Of a stretch of 64,000 nt of DNA, positions 63,461-64,000 are shown piece after piece. This DNA comes from Macrostomum lignano (Eukaryota). The DNA lies in the NCBI GenBank assembly GCA_002269645.1, contig NIVC01002405.1, positions 113,448-177,447 on the forward strand. The letters run 5' to 3'. Position 1 is the first letter of the stretch. The number at the start of each line of letters is the position of its first letter. The translations under genes and the position numbers were made by a program. The notes below the pieces were generated by a model. It was given only the letters and a program-made list of their open reading frames with translations, did no database searches and was not told where the DNA came from.

Positions 63461-64000
63461 CTGGAAAGTAGATCAGAGATGATTCGGCATGTCTTTGCTT
63501 TGTCAAATCTCTCTGAGTTCGTTTGAAGTCGCTTTCCAAATGTATGGCACAGGCCTATGAGCAAGTCCTGCTCGCCACCGCTTTGAACATTATTTGCAAA
63601 AAAGGCTCAGCCTTTAAGGCCGAAATCATTTATTACCGAAAGAGCTTACGGCAGGCGGGGTCTGCATTTACCATTAGGTTTAATGTAGCTTCTCGTGCAG
63701 ATGATTCAAAATTCTTAGTGCAACATTTTCGTTTCCAGGCTTCTAAACTCGTTACAAAATCTACTTGTAACTCAACCGAAAAAAAGAAAACGCTTCTGAG
63801 AATTCTTCTCAACTCTTCGCTAAAGGAGACTCAATATGATTTTGAAGGAAACTAGAAAAAAAGATTAAATAATATAACATCATGCAGGTACAGAGTCTTT
63901 CATGCCGCATCAATGAACTATTGCAGACGAGTGGCTAAATTGAAGCAGATAAATGTACATGTAGGACGGTTAATGTTAGAAAGAAGGAATGAAAGCTGAG

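Overview
Eukaryotic (metazoan) genomic DNA with GC-rich exons, AT-rich intergenic DNA and about 30 different minisatellites, nearly all inside introns. The gene content and repeat landscape suggest a free-living flatworm such as Macrostomum; this is inference only. I assembled gene models by hand from GT-AG sites and reading-frame continuity. (1) ARHGEF10/17-family RhoGEF (+, 3236-10428, 4 exons). (2) miRNA-class Argonaute with an intact DEDH slicer tetrad (-, 20173-12041, 9 exons, 970 aa). (3) MCCC2, methylcrotonoyl-CoA carboxylase beta (+, 23538-28893, first exon not found). (4) A PDCD7-like ORF with no in-frame ATG (+, ~29924-30679). (5) A 4-exon orphan gene (-, 36002-31611). (6) A neuropeptide precursor encoding 13 amidated peptides, mostly AG(Y/F)RGLLamide (+, 40286-40840). 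(7) A 16-exon, 1514-aa hillarin/KY-like protein with two transglutaminase-like domains that both lack the catalytic Cys (-, 59748-42685). (8) The last exon of an SLC30/ZnT zinc transporter (-, ~63460-63301). Mobile elements: a 5'-truncated LINE with a 14-bp TSD, a 492-bp MITE with a 10-bp TSD, two copies of a tRNA-derived SINE, a 5S-derived SINE-like element and a tRNA-like relic; the SINE-like elements share a central box. The most striking structural pattern is that 27 of 31 modelled introns longer than 200 nt each carry a different minisatellite, and one of these is a 40-bp unit shaped like a complete GT...AG mini-intron in register with the real donor. Most long ORFs in the supplied track are artefacts of these repeats.
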